Below, piece by piece: positions 31,815 to 42,760 of a stretch of DNA of 64,000 nucleotides. The position numbers and the translations under genes were made by a program. Numbering within the stretch: position 1 is the stretch's first letter; the number at the start of each line of letters is the position of its first letter. Under the pieces are notes generated by a model. That model was not told the origin of the DNA, made no database searches, and saw only the letters and a program-made list of their open reading frames with translations. Source of the DNA: Candidatus Poribacteria bacterium. GTDB taxonomy: Bacteria; Poribacteria; WGA-4E; PCPOR2b. The stretch spans positions 75,349-139,348 of the forward strand of contig JAJEAL010000134.1 of NCBI GenBank assembly GCA_022822785.1. The letters are read 5' to 3'.

Positions 31815-33920
31815 TCACTCAGTTATGGGACTCATTAGAATATTTCCGTCGCTATCCAGATGCCCACGGTAGTCGGGTGGGACGACGATGGTCGAATCGT
31901 ATTCGTCGATAAGCAAGGGACCGGTTGTGCCTGCCTCGCCGAGCTCGTGACGTGAAATGACGGGGGTCTCAATTGTCCCCCATGATGCGCCGAAATACGC
32001 CTCTCTATTCAGTGCACGTGCTCCAAGCTGCTCCGCCGGGTTGAGCACACCTTGTTGTCCGCGTATGCCCGCTTGCCCAATCAACCGGACTGCTACAACT
32101 TCGATTGGGTTATCGGGATCGGATCGGTGCCCATAGAGTCGTTCGTGTTCTGTTTCAAAGGTAGTGTATAGCGTTTGCATCGTTGTTTCGGTGAAGTTTT
32201 CGTCTGTCATTCCAATGCGTATCTCCGAGGCTTGTCCCTTAAACCGGATATCAACGCTGCAACTGAGCGTTACTTGGTCGGCGGGGTAGCCTTCGGTCTG
32301 GAACTGTGCGAGCATATTGCGCTGCATCTCTGTTTTAATCTGCTGTAAAGCCTTTGCATTGAGCGTTTCGCTAGCGAGCAGACAGCTGCGGACATCGTGA
32401 TGCTCAACACCGGAGAAGAGTAAGCCCAAAGTGCTGAATAGACCGGGCAGCGGCGGCACAATCACTTGACGGATCAGAAGTTCTTTTGCCAATCCCGCGG
32501 CGTGAATTGGGCCAGCCCCACCGAAAGCCATTAGGACAAACTCCCGCGGATCGCGTCCACGTTCGGTGGAGACAGCGCGCAGCGCTCGCATGGTGCGGGC
32601 GTTGGCAATTCGATGGATCCCCTCCGCGGCTTGAAGCAGGTCCATTTCGAGGGGGACGGCGATGCGGTCGTGTATCGATTGTCGGGCGGCTTCAATGTCA
32701 ATGCTGACCTCTCCATCAGCCAATTCACCGGGTCGAATATAGCCCAATACCACATTGGCATCGGTGACAGTCGGTTCTGTCCCTCCGCGTTGGTAGCACG
32801 CGGGTCCCGGTACCGCACCTGCGCTACGGGGACCGACGCGCAAGCCACCAGCACCATCTAGATATGCAATGCTTCCGCCGCCGGATCCGACTTCGGCAAT
32901 GTCGATGCTCGGAGCCCGAATGAGCTCGCCGCCCCCGCCGACCAATCGGTTTCCCATCGAAATCGAAGCACCAACTTCGTATTCCGGACTGTAAGCCACG
33001 GCACCGTTTTCAATGATGGATGCTTTAGCGGTGGTGCCTCCCATGTCGAGTGTAATGAGGTTAGTCGTTCCTAGCCGTTGCGCTGTGAATCCAGCTGCTA
33101 ACACGCCGGCAGCGGGTCCCGATTCCAAGACAAAAACCGGCAGCCGTGCGGCGTCAGCTTCTGGCGTTAATCCACCGGCTGATTGCATCATCAGTAACGG
33201 TGCCTCAATTCCCATCTCCCCTAAGCCGCTACGCATCGCGTTCAAATAACGCTGCATAACGGGACGGACGTAAGCGTTGACAACAGTGGTAGCGGTGCGT
33301 TCATACTCTTTGCGTTCCGGGAGAACCTCAGATGAAAGGGAGACCGGGGTGTCTGGTAGGTGCGATCTCAGAAAATCACCGATAGCGTTTTCGTGTTGTG
33401 GAAAAGCGTAGGCGTGGAGGGTGCAGACCGCTATAGATTCGACCTCTTCTCTCTCTAGCTCCTCCTTGAGGCGCCACAGTTCTGGCTCCGAGAGTGGGGT
33501 CAGCACCTCTCCGGAGCCAGAGATACGTTCTGTGATTTCAAAGCGCAGGTATCGTTCAACGAGTGCTTCGGGCTTTTCAAAGAATAGGTCGTACATCTGG
33601 GGCGCACGAATGCGCCGCAGTTCGAGAACATCCCGGAAGCCTTTAGTGGTGATCAGTGCGGTTTTCGCGCCGCGTTTCTCCAGAACGGCGTTGGTTGCCA
33701 CCGTGGTGCCGTGTGCGACTTCGCTGACGCTTGTTCCGGCGGCGTCGGTTGTGCGCAGCAGATGCTCGATTGCGTTTAGCACCGCTCGCTCAAAGTTGGG
33801 AGGTGTGGAGGGGACTTTATGGGTCCAGAGATTTCCGTTGGCGTCGATTAGGACGACATCGGTGAAGGTGCCGCCGACATCCGCACCGATGCGCAATGTA
33901 TTTTGGTTGGTCATCGTCAT
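31815..33920 (-). CDS. Hydantoinase A / N-methylhydantoinase A / oxoprolinase family protein
   Basis: 701 aa, RIGADVGGTFTDVVLID N-terminus; Hydantoinase_A family length. Confidence 0.8.
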   Translation of the reverse strand: MTMTNQNTLRIGADVGGTFTDVVLIDANGNLWTHKVPSTPPNFERAVLNAIEHLLRTTDAAGTSVSEVAHGTTVATNAVLEKRGAKTALITTKGFRDVLELRRIRAPQMYDLFFEKPEALVERYLRFEITERISGSGEVLTPLSEPELWRLKEELEREEVESIAVCTLHAYAFPQHENAIGDFLRSHLPDTPVSLSSEVLPERKEYERTATTVVNAYVRPVMQRYLNAMRSGLGEMGIEAPLLMMQSAGGLTPEADAARLPVFVLESGPAAGVLAAGFTAQRLGTTNLITLDMGGTTAKASIIENGAVAYSPEYEVGASISMGNRLVGGGGELIRAPSIDIAEVGSGGGSIAYLDGAGGLRVGPRSAGAVPGPACYQRGGTEPTVTDANVVLGYIRPGELADGEVSIDIEAARQSIHDRIAVPLEMDLLQAAEGIHRIANARTMRALRAVSTERGRDPREFVLMAFGGAGPIHAAGLAKELLIRQVIVPPLPGLFSTLGLLFSGVEHHDVRSCLLASETLNAKALQQIKTEMQRNMLAQFQTEGYPADQVTLSCSVDIRFKGQASEIRIGMTDENFTETTMQTLYTTFETEHERLYGHRSDPDNPIEVVAVRLIGQAGIRGQQGVLNPAEQLGARALNREAYFGASWGTIETPVISRHELGEAGTTGPLLIDEYDSTIVVPPDYRGHLDSDGNILMSPITE

Positions 33921-35614
33921 CTCGTCCCGTTCCGAGGACTCCGATGGATCGGAGGGATTACCGGTAATGTGATGTGAGAAGGGTATTGTGTGTTATGATA
34001 GATTGTCTGATGCGCTGATTCTATTTCGGCGTCCAGTCCCGGTGTGCTGCCGGTGTTTTGGTTCCGGTCGAAGCGCGGGAAATTGCTACTGGAGACTTCG
34101 ACGCGAATTTGGTGTCCCGCCTTGAAGAGATTGCTTGTTTCCCAGAGTATAACCTTGTAAGCGCAGATGGTTTCGGGTTCGATTAGTGTTGGTTCTTCAT
34201 AAGAATTGCGGAATCGTGCACGCACAATGCCTTCGCAGATGTTAATGGCTTTCCCGCCCGGATGGACATCAACGAGCGTTGCGGTGAAGTCAGTATCCGG
34301 TGCACTGGAGGCGGCGTAGAGCGTTAGTTCAATCTGTCCTGTGACTTCTAGATCCTCGGTGAGCGGGGGTGTGGAATAGACCAACACATCGTCTCTGCGT
34401 TCCACAGATCGCCGATCCTTTGGACCGGTGTTATCAATAAACATGCTCTGGCCGCCCACAGTGGGGACAGGGTTTTCGGGATCATAAATGAAAGAATCGA
34501 CAGGTTCGTTTTGTGGCGGTTGAGTTGTAAGCTCGCCGTCTCCGTGGAGGGAGTTGGCACGTCCGCCGCTGTGCAGATAAAACTTGGTATATTGCGTCCG
34601 TGCGGGGGGCCACTCATGCTCGTGGCGCCAGACGTTCTCTCCCATGACGAAGATTCGGATGGGCGGTTCGTCGTCTATGCCGGTACCAATCCCTTTTAAG
34701 CGTTGATCGTACCAACGGATGTGCGCGTCCGGAATATCCACCATTGCGTTTGAACCGAAGTCGATGTCACCGAACGGTTCGGCGCTGCCGATCGCGGTAT
34801 GCGTCCACGGACCCACGAGGAGTTTTGTTTTTGATCGAGTTTCTGGGCTTCGAGCTTGTGTCGTCCACCCATTAAAACATTTGAAGCCTTCGTGCACGAG
34901 GTTATCGTACCACCCGGTGATAAAATATGCAGGGGTATCGACTTCTGCGTACCTATACTTCATGCTGTAGGATTTCCAGAAATCGTCAAAGGTATTGTGT
35001 CTAATCACCTCTCGATAGAACGGTCGATCGCCGATGCTGTCAAGCGCGGAAATCAGCGGCAACCGCCGGTAGACCTCCTCCCAATCGATCAGATCTCTCG
35101 GCGCGTTCTGGTTTGTGCGATCCCCAAGCCAGATGAAGTTCATGGCGTTCTGGAGCTGCAGGACGCCGTTATAGCGCATGTGCCCGTAGTTGTCCTCTTG
35201 GTTGGCGATTGGGACAAGCCCCTTGACGTAGAGGCTGCGGAGCGCTGCTGGTAAAATCTGTGTGAATCCGGGATAAGAGATGCCGAAAGTTCCGATGTTC
35301 CCATCGCACCACGGTTGGGCGCCCAGCCACTGTTGCGTGTCGTAGCCGTCGTTGGTCTCGTCGATGTAGGGCCGCCACACCCCCTCCGAGTCGTAGCGTC
35401 CACGGGAGTCCTGCATCACCACGGCGTAACCGCTTTGCGCGAAGCGTACCGCCCAATCCACGTACCGCGGGTGCTGGGTGCTGTAGGGAGATCGGATGAG
35501 CAGCACGGGAAACTTATCGCCTACAGCCGGACGGTACAAGGCACCGTAGAGTTGGACACCATCGCGCATGGGAATTTTGAGATCTAACTGGATGCGGAGA
35601 TCGTGGTTTGGCAT
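33917..35614 (-). CDS. CocE/NonD-family alpha/beta hydrolase (S15 X-Pro dipeptidyl-peptidase-like)
   Basis: 565 aa, RDGVQLYGALYRP...FPVLLIRSPY...GISYPG nucleophile elbow. Confidence 0.8.
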   Translation of the reverse strand: MPNHDLRIQLDLKIPMRDGVQLYGALYRPAVGDKFPVLLIRSPYSTQHPRYVDWAVRFAQSGYAVVMQDSRGRYDSEGVWRPYIDETNDGYDTQQWLGAQPWCDGNIGTFGISYPGFTQILPAALRSLYVKGLVPIANQEDNYGHMRYNGVLQLQNAMNFIWLGDRTNQNAPRDLIDWEEVYRRLPLISALDSIGDRPFYREVIRHNTFDDFWKSYSMKYRYAEVDTPAYFITGWYDNLVHEGFKCFNGWTTQARSPETRSKTKLLVGPWTHTAIGSAEPFGDIDFGSNAMVDIPDAHIRWYDQRLKGIGTGIDDEPPIRIFVMGENVWRHEHEWPPARTQYTKFYLHSGGRANSLHGDGELTTQPPQNEPVDSFIYDPENPVPTVGGQSMFIDNTGPKDRRSVERRDDVLVYSTPPLTEDLEVTGQIELTLYAASSAPDTDFTATLVDVHPGGKAINICEGIVRARFRNSYEEPTLIEPETICAYKVILWETSNLFKAGHQIRVEVSSSNFPRFDRNQNTGSTPGLDAEIESAHQTIYHNTQYPSHITLPVIPPIHRSPRNGTR

Positions 35615-35795
35615 AGAATATTCTTTTCACCTCCTTAAAGGATTTTTATTTTAACGCAAAGTCGCAAGGACGCTAAGAAATATCAATATAGGACTTACGC
35701 AGCTCGAAATTGGGCAGGCACAAGGCCTGCCCCTACAATGGATTGATTCCCCGTAGGGGCAACCCTTGTAGTTGCCCTTGCTACTGAAAATTCTT

Positions 35796-36533
35796 CTATC
35801 CTGAAAATCCTGATTCGGTTTTCGCTAGTTGTTCAACAAATACTGCATGAACGGTGGTTTGTAGCCCTGCCCTCAATTCTGATGAGACCTGTGTCATATC
35901 TCCTGCCAACAGTGCTGCCACCGCCAAGCGTAAACCGGGAAAGACTTGACTCTCAATGACTCCCTCCGCATTGGGGGTAAACGCTACATATTCTTCACTC
36001 ACGAGCTGAAACCAATCAAGTTGTCCATCCTGCGTTTGCCATACAATGTATTCCTGCACACCGCACCGCTGGTAGACCTCAAGTTTTTCGTGTAGATCGT
36101 AGTCCGCGCTGGTGCCTGCAACTTCGACGATTAACTCTGGTGCACCCTCTACATACCCTTCGTCAATGATTCGTGACCGTCCTCCCTGTGCAGGTTCTAT
36201 CCGTAACAGTGCATCGGGTTGGTGTTCGTTGTTGGCATCGAGATAGACTGTGCTGTTATCCGCCAAGTCAACACCGGGGGTTGCTATCCAATACGCCCCT
36301 AACCATGCCATAATTTGAGCGTGGGGTCTGCCATGAAAATCTATTCGTACAGGTGATGGCATGTACACAACTTCTTCAATTAATTCTGCTTTTTTCAGAT
36401 GGGGCATCCCCTCATAGCGCCGTTCAAACTCCTCCCGCGTCAGCCGTTCACCGTGCTTCAGTGGTGGAACATTCTCACTGCGCATTGTCGGTTGTGCACG
36501 AACTTCCTTCTCTGTCGTTCTTTCGACACTCAT
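35796..36533 (-). CDS. Uma2-family (DUF820) putative restriction-endonuclease-like protein
   Basis: PD-(D/E)xK-like Uma2 pattern (LTREEFERRYE...AELIEEVVYMPSP...PDALLI). Confidence 0.6.
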   Translation of the reverse strand: MSVERTTEKEVRAQPTMRSENVPPLKHGERLTREEFERRYEGMPHLKKAELIEEVVYMPSPVRIDFHGRPHAQIMAWLGAYWIATPGVDLADNSTVYLDANNEHQPDALLRIEPAQGGRSRIIDEGYVEGAPELIVEVAGTSADYDLHEKLEVYQRCGVQEYIVWQTQDGQLDWFQLVSEEYVAFTPNAEGVIESQVFPGLRLAVAALLAGDMTQVSSELRAGLQTTVHAVFVEQLAKTESGFSG

Positions 36534-36730
36534 GATAAGCTGTCCTCCTTTCATTACTTCAGTATCGTAGGTTGGGTTGAACGGTTAAGGCTAAGTCCCT
36601 ATCAACGACAGTAGGTGTGCTGCCTTTCAACACCACCGTCTTGTAGATAGAAGGAGTGAAACCCAACATCTTGATCCGTCACCGGTCAAATAAGATTTCT
36701 CCATCGGCATTGTGCACGCTTCGGTGTATG

Positions 36731-36880
36731 GATTAGACATTGCGCCCCGCTGGAGCGCGGGAATTGGACCTCCCATCAACTATAGACATATCGCTCCTCT
36801 GGAGCGAAAACGGTTCACCTGTCAACCTGCTGGGGCTTTCGGATATTTGTTTATCCGTGTACTATAGACATGTCGAAAAT
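36731..36880. repeat. Three tandem copies (the last partial) of a ~35-bp hairpin repeat TATAGACAT(A/G)TCGCyCC-NCT-GGrGC
   Basis: Copies at 36731-36770, 36781-36820 and 36861-36880. Each stem is complementary with compensatory changes. Confidence 0.45.
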
Positions 36881-37059
36881 ACCCACAGCGTTGCATAAAG
36901 TGCTAGGCTCAATGAGCCAGGAATAGACGGACAACATACCGGGTATTCGGGGCTAAATAAACCGATGAACCAATGATTTTCACAGGTCACGCATCACGTT
37001 ATTAACAGCTGCAAACTAGCACCATTGGTTTATATCATAAGGCTAAAGTAGGGTAAATT

Positions 37060-40000
37060 TTACTTGAGTATCAGCATCTTCCTCGTTGCTGTGAACTCTC
37101 CTGCTGTCAATGTATAGAAATAGAGTCCACTGGCGAGGGACTCTCCAAGTTGATTCCGTCCGTCCCAATATACCGCACGGCTGCGGCTTCGATAGATACC
37201 CGCTGCCTGATGCCCCACCGCCAACCGTCGTAATAGCTGCCCAGCCCCATCATAAATTGTCAGCGTGACTTCTGCTGGTTCCGCTAACTGATACGGAATC
37301 CATGTCTCCGGGTTAAATGGGTTTGGATAGTTACGGAGCAATGCAGTCTCATCGGGAATCAGTGAGGCTAGCAGTTTTTCGAGATTTTCGATGCCCTGCT
37401 TGAAGGCGAGTGAACCGTCATTCTCCAACCGTGCCTGTGCGATCCACGCTTCTATCATTTCCGCATCTATGTTGTCTGTCCCAACCGGCGGTGCTGCAGG
37501 AGCGGTGGTGCTACCGATTGCCTGTGCAACGACAGCCAGATCAAGGATGTTGACAACACCATCACCGTTGACATCCGCAGGATCGTCAGCAGAAACCGTT
37601 TGATTCAGTTTCTGTGCAACAAGCACCAGATCTACAATGGTGACAACCCCATCTCGATTTATGTCTCCCATAGTAAGTTCTTCCTCGACAGTGATGCGGA
37701 TGCCGTGGGCGATTGCATCAATCGTAGCACCGCCAAGCGAGACGAACTGGAGGTTACGCAGTGTTACCTCCGATTCTCCACTCGCTTTCGCCTTAAATCG
37801 CGCCTTCACCAGGGTGCCGGTGCCACTGACACCTTGAGTAGATAGCCGCGCAGCGGCGAGTCCAGTGATTTGACCGCTACTATTATCAATGCTCCCACCC
37901 TGAAAGAAGGTTGCTGCGCCTGTTTTTAGGAAATCACCTTCGGTTACATCAACGGCTTCAAGTATGTTGGGATCAAACACAATATCAAACTGCCAACCCA
38001 TCAAGTCCGAGACATTTCGGGCGTGAATATTGAGGGTAAACGTCTCGTCGCGATGAATGGTTGCGGGGGTGACCGTGTATTCAACGCCGATATTTGTGAC
38101 GGTATATTCCGTCCCCGGTTCAAAGCCGAAAAAGGCGTTGTTATCTCGATATCTGATGTGCATCGCGACCAACAAGACATTTATCCCTTCCTGAAGTGTG
38201 ACCGGGAAAAAATCTTGGTAATCAGGATGCTCATGCCAACTCTTACGGAGACCCTCGTGAATCAAAGTCCCGTTGAGCCAGACCTTAAGCTCGTCATCGC
38301 TGCCGGCGTACATCGCCGTTTCCTGTTCCCGCGGTGAATAGAGAGACACAGTGCCATAGATGACTCCATCACCGAGGGAGCGTTGAAACATATCTCCAAT
38401 GTTGTCATCGCCTATAGGCAAGAGTCTACGAGAGGTCCACACCGCATCCCCGACCGACTTCCCTTCTGTTACCCCATGTGTCGCAATCTCCACCTCTGTC
38501 ACCATCCCTCCACTCGCGCCTGATAGTAAATCCTTGCTGCCATCTATTTCTGTATCCGGTAACACGACCCATAGCCACGGTCCCTCTATCTTCGGTCCGC
38601 CTTTTGGAAACCCTGGATTGTTGTACCATGTAAGTTTTGTGTTCTCGCGTAACCCTGCAAGCGGAGATATGTCTGATATGTTATTGTTATCAAGTGTGGT
38701 CCATCGCAGGTTAGTTAACCCTGCAAGCGGAGATACATCGGATATATTATTGTTGTCAAGTGTGATCCATCGCAAGTTAGTTAAACCGGCAAGTGGAGAT
38801 ATATCCGATATTTTGTTAACTTGGAGATCCAATTGTTCCAAGTTAGTTAACCCTGCAAGCGGAGATATATCCGATATTGCATTATTGTCAAGTACGAGCC
38901 ATCGCAAGTTAGTTAAACCGGCAAGCAGAGATATATCGGATATTGGTATTCTGTTACTTCCGAGATTCAGTATTGTTAAGCCGGTAAAACTCGCCAAAAG
39001 TGTTAGGTCCGATATTTCTGCACTAGGGATATATAGAATCTCCAGTTTTGGTAAACCAACAATGGGGGATAGATCGGATAGAGGGAGGCCGGCCGCGTGA
39101 ATTTTTTTTAGATTGATTAATCCCGCAAGTGGGGACAGATCGGAGATCGGCATGTCATCAATTTCTATATTAGTGAGATTCGTTAAGCCCCGTACAGGAG
39201 ATAGATCAGATAAGAGATTTTCTTGAATCAAGAGTACGCGCAGGTTGATTAATGTAGCAATTGGCGATAGGTCAGAAATCTGATTGCGGTCAAGGGCTAA
39301 AAATTCCAGATTTTTTGCAAATTGCATACCCGTCAAATCTTGGATATCCTTGTCCTTTGCGTCAAGTTCTTCCAACCTTTCCATCTCCCTCACAGTGATT
39401 AGGGCGTTAGGATTCTTGCCGAGAGTCTCTGCAATTGCAGCACGGAGGTTGGGGTCAGGAATACGAACAACGGTTCCCGGCGGCTGGTCAGGCTGCGAGG
39501 GACTGTCTACCTGTTCGTCAGGGAAGTCCAACGCGTAAATGATCGCAGGAAAATTAGATGTCCATGCGTCCCGTTTCATGCTGCCATTGGGACTGTCCAA
39601 TACCAATAATCCCGCGTTCTGTAGCCCTATATTCTCACGTATCTTCTCTTGGAAGGTTTCCATCTCTAACCCAACTGATGCAGCGGCGTATGCAGCGTCC
39701 ACAGCCCCTTGAAACACCTCATGGAAGCGGGAGATTGGCTCTATATCATCAACCGCACCGCCTGTCGCTTCCAACGCCTCTTTGTACGTATCCATATCCT
39801 CCTGTAAGAGTGCGTCCATCTCTGATCGTTCCACGTAGAGGCGTAACGCCTGCGCCTTGTCATACGCTGGATTGGTATTTGCCTCAATCACCGAACGCAC
39901 CTCATCCTCAAAGGTGTTCATACCCTCTATATGGCAGCCGAGACAGGATAACCCATTCCGCACCGTCGGGTCACTCGCTGCGGGATTGGAAACAATACTT

Positions 40001-41180
40001 ATCGGTGCCTCGTTTAACCGAGAACCGGACGCATTGGTAATGTAGTAACCTTGTAGCCCGTTGGGCAGGTTGAAGATAACCTCCCCACCATCATGGGTGA
40101 AAGCGAGGGGGTGGGTGAAGATGTTCTGTGTGCCGACACTGCCAGCGAAGTCGTAACTTTTCCAATACGCGCCGTAGCGAGAGGTATGCCGCTCCAACAT
40201 CCGGTTATTCGCGGAGACCCCCGAATTGTTCGTGCCTGCTCGCCAGACACGCACACCCGGTGCATTTTGGAGGTTGCGGACGACATCGACCTCCAGTCGG
40301 GTCTCTAACTCCCTGTCGGTTAATGGTAGAGACAGTAGGTCGTGGTATAACGGGGGTAGAGATGCATTTGCCAGAAACCAGTCAATATGAATCGATGGTA
40401 TATCACACGCCATCTCCGTCTGTAACCGCGTCAGTTGTGCCTTCAGTGCGGTCTGTGTGGGTGCATCATACGAGATATGATAGGGATATTCTGCTTCTAT
40501 CTGCGTCCAGGCGTCATTGACATCCCACTCGTAGTGTCTGAGGTCGATGTAGAAAATCGTCCCCTGAGTGTCTATCGGCTCTGGGTTGGTAACGGCACTT
40601 CCCCATGAGAGACTGTTGACTAACTTGTTAAGTCCCTTACGGTATTCTTGGAGGATGCTCGGTGGCTCGCCTGCGTTGTAGAGATGTGTCATTGTGAAGT
40701 AACGGGCAAAAGCACGGTCAAATGACGAAAGTGACATCAGGTGTGTCTCAATGGTGGTGAGTACTTCACTAGGCGAGATAAAGTTACCATTGGTTGTGGT
40801 GGTCGCTGCCCAGTCAGGGGCACCGGCTAAAATCCAATTCCGAATGGTGTTAATTTCTTGATCGGATAGGGGAGGCTGATTGAGTGGCATCCGTTTGGCG
40901 GTGTCAGTGGTTATGAGTCGGTTATAGAGTTCGGAGGTCTGCGGGTTTCCGGGGACGACGGTGCCATTTTCGATGAGTGCGTTGTGTTCAATTAGGAGTG
41001 CATCTTTAAAGGATCCTGTGGGACCGTGGCAGACGAAGCATTTCTGTTCAAGGATAGCGTGGGCATCGAGTGCTACCCCCTGTTGAGCGGTTACGGTTTG
41101 AGAACCGACCATGAGAATTAATAAACTGATGAGTACGATGCGATACTGCTGCTTACAAACCACTGAATAACGCTTAAACA
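37060..41180 (-). CDS. Giant secreted multidomain protein: signal peptide, two CXXCH haem-c sites, ~12 leucine-rich repeats, cohesin-like domain, two dockerin repeats, T9SS (Por) C-terminal sorting domain
   Basis: Start taken at MFKRYSVVCKQQYRIVLISLLILMVGSQTVTA. Motifs CFVCHG and CLGCH. LTNLRWLVLDNNAISDISPLAG x many. GWQFDIVFDPNILE. DINRDGVVTIVDLVLV / DVNGDGVVNILDLAVV. C-terminal NYPNPFNPETWIPYQL...GLYFYTLTAGEFTATRKMLILK. Confidence 0.75.
38650..39330. repeat. Intragenic 66-bp tandem repeats encoding the 22-aa LRR units
   Basis: Periodic ...gcaagcggagatat.tc.gatat... on the plus strand; the antisense ORF shows a repeated LVNPASGDISDI. Confidence 0.7.
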
Positions 41181-41300
41181 TAGAGAGTAACTCCTGAAAT
41201 GCAAGTTTGTAAAGGTTACGGCACACGGCGTCCCGACAAATTGGGACGATAATCTGTGCCCTCTGTGTCCTCCGTTGAATCCGCGATTCAGACAAATGCC

Positions 41301-41380
41301 ACATGTCGCCCCGCTGGGGCTTGGAAGGAAGAGCCTATCGCCTGGCTATAAACATATCGCCCCTCTGGGGCTAAATGCCC
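41301..41380. repeat. Two further copies of the hairpin repeat family, upstream of the giant gene
   Basis: ACATGTCGCCCCGCTGGGGCT (41301-41323) and TATAAACATATCGCCCCTCTGGGGCT (41348-41373). Confidence 0.45.
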
Positions 41381-41525
41381 CCAAATTATAGCATAATTCC
41401 CCCATAGAACGGATAAAAAAGTGCTGAACGCCCATGGTAACACTTGATACGAGACGCGCAATGAATCCCCGATAAATCGGGATTACGAAATGCGCTACTA
41501 CGAACTGAAGTGTGTAACTCCTATT

Positions 41526-42416
41526 TCATGCAATCTTGTCCAATTCTTGACGCAAGGCCGATGGTAAGGGTCCCATTTCTGACGCTTGGGCGACATCCTC
41601 AAGTTCGGAGATGTTCGCTGCGCCGCTGGAAACCGTGGTTACCCTTGAATCAGCGAGGATGTATTGGAAGGCATTTTGTGCGTGTGTGCCCGGCAGGTCC
41701 TGAAGTCGTCCGAGGACACGCTGGACCCGTTTCCGTTCCGCTTCATCCTCTATCGCTGCGACCGCCTCTGATCGCCGGGGTTCGTCGGCGAACAGCAGCC
41801 CCGCCAACGGTGTGGCGATAACGATCCCCATATTGTGAGCGGCGGCAGCAGGAATAACCGCTTTCGCTGCCTTTTGCGAGCAGGGGTGGTAGTCGTGATA
41901 TACTAGCACTGTGTCAAACTCCCCGGTGTCGGCGAGTTTGGCTAAGAGTGGAATGGCTCTGCCCGTGATTCCGATTTTTTCGCAAAGTCCGCGCTTTTTC
42001 GCTTCCTTCAAGCCGTCGAGCGTTCCGCCCGGTTCTGTGATCCGTTCCCAACCCGCCATGTTGACCTCATGGATCTGGGCGATGGAAAGTTTTGGGATGC
42101 GCAGCCGTTGCAAGCTCCGTTCGATGCTCCAAACGACGTTGTCTCCGCGGTAGTCGAAGTTTGGAGGATCGTAACCGACTTTGGTGGCGACGTAAAAGTG
42201 TTCCGCTACGCCTTCGAGGGCACCGCCCAACAGTTCCTCGCTCTTGCCGTAGAGCGGGGCGGTGTCGATATAGTTGATCCCTAATTTGAGTGCACGCCTC
42301 ACCACTTCATCGGTACTCTCTTGGGCACGTTCGGGATCGGTTCCCATCAGGTACGCGCCGCCGAGGCTAACCTCGCTGATCTGCCAACCTGTGCTTCCCA
42401 TCGTTCGATAGTTCAT
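41526..42416 (-). CDS. Aldo/keto reductase
   Basis: 296 aa, AKR family overall sequence (INYIDTAPLYG). Confidence 0.8.
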   Translation of the reverse strand: MNYRTMGSTGWQISEVSLGGAYLMGTDPERAQESTDEVVRRALKLGINYIDTAPLYGKSEELLGGALEGVAEHFYVATKVGYDPPNFDYRGDNVVWSIERSLQRLRIPKLSIAQIHEVNMAGWERITEPGGTLDGLKEAKKRGLCEKIGITGRAIPLLAKLADTGEFDTVLVYHDYHPCSQKAAKAVIPAAAAHNMGIVIATPLAGLLFADEPRRSEAVAAIEDEAERKRVQRVLGRLQDLPGTHAQNAFQYILADSRVTTVSSGAANISELEDVAQASEMGPLPSALRQELDKIA

Positions 42417-42453
42417 TTGTCACCTCACAGTTTTCGCTCATGTTAAGAAATGG

Positions 42454-42747
42454 TCAGAACTTACGTAAGGTCAGCGTACCTTTCCGTGCCATGTGGTACG
42501 GAGAGTAGCCCACCGGACAGGGTGGAGCGACGGTGACTTGGGGGTAGAGCTGCAAGGCGGCTTGCTGAGAGATGAACGTAGAGAGGACAATATCTAGGTC
42601 TAGGCTCAGGTGTTCGTTGTGCTGCTCAACTGCGCCGATGGGGATGATAGCGGCTTTCAGCCTGCCGCTCTGCAACGCTTCCCGAATCTCTTTCCGGGTG
42701 CACTCGCCTAGCATGACTCGGTAGGGGTTGACGTATCGGTTCGCCAT
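42454..42747 (-). pseudogene. Creatininase-family (creatinine amidohydrolase) N-terminal fragment, 97 aa
   Basis: AAIIPIGAVEQHNEHLSLDLD matches the creatininase V.PVGS.EQHG.HLPL.TD motif. It is only about one third of family length, with no room for the remainder. Confidence 0.45.
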
Positions 42748-42760
42748 GATTTAGGCTCCT

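Noticed and set aside
38399-39100. 233-aa plus-strand ORF with LVNPASGDISDI repeats
   Set aside because: Antisense reading of the LRR tandem repeats in the giant minus-strand gene; its periodicity is inherited from the sense strand.
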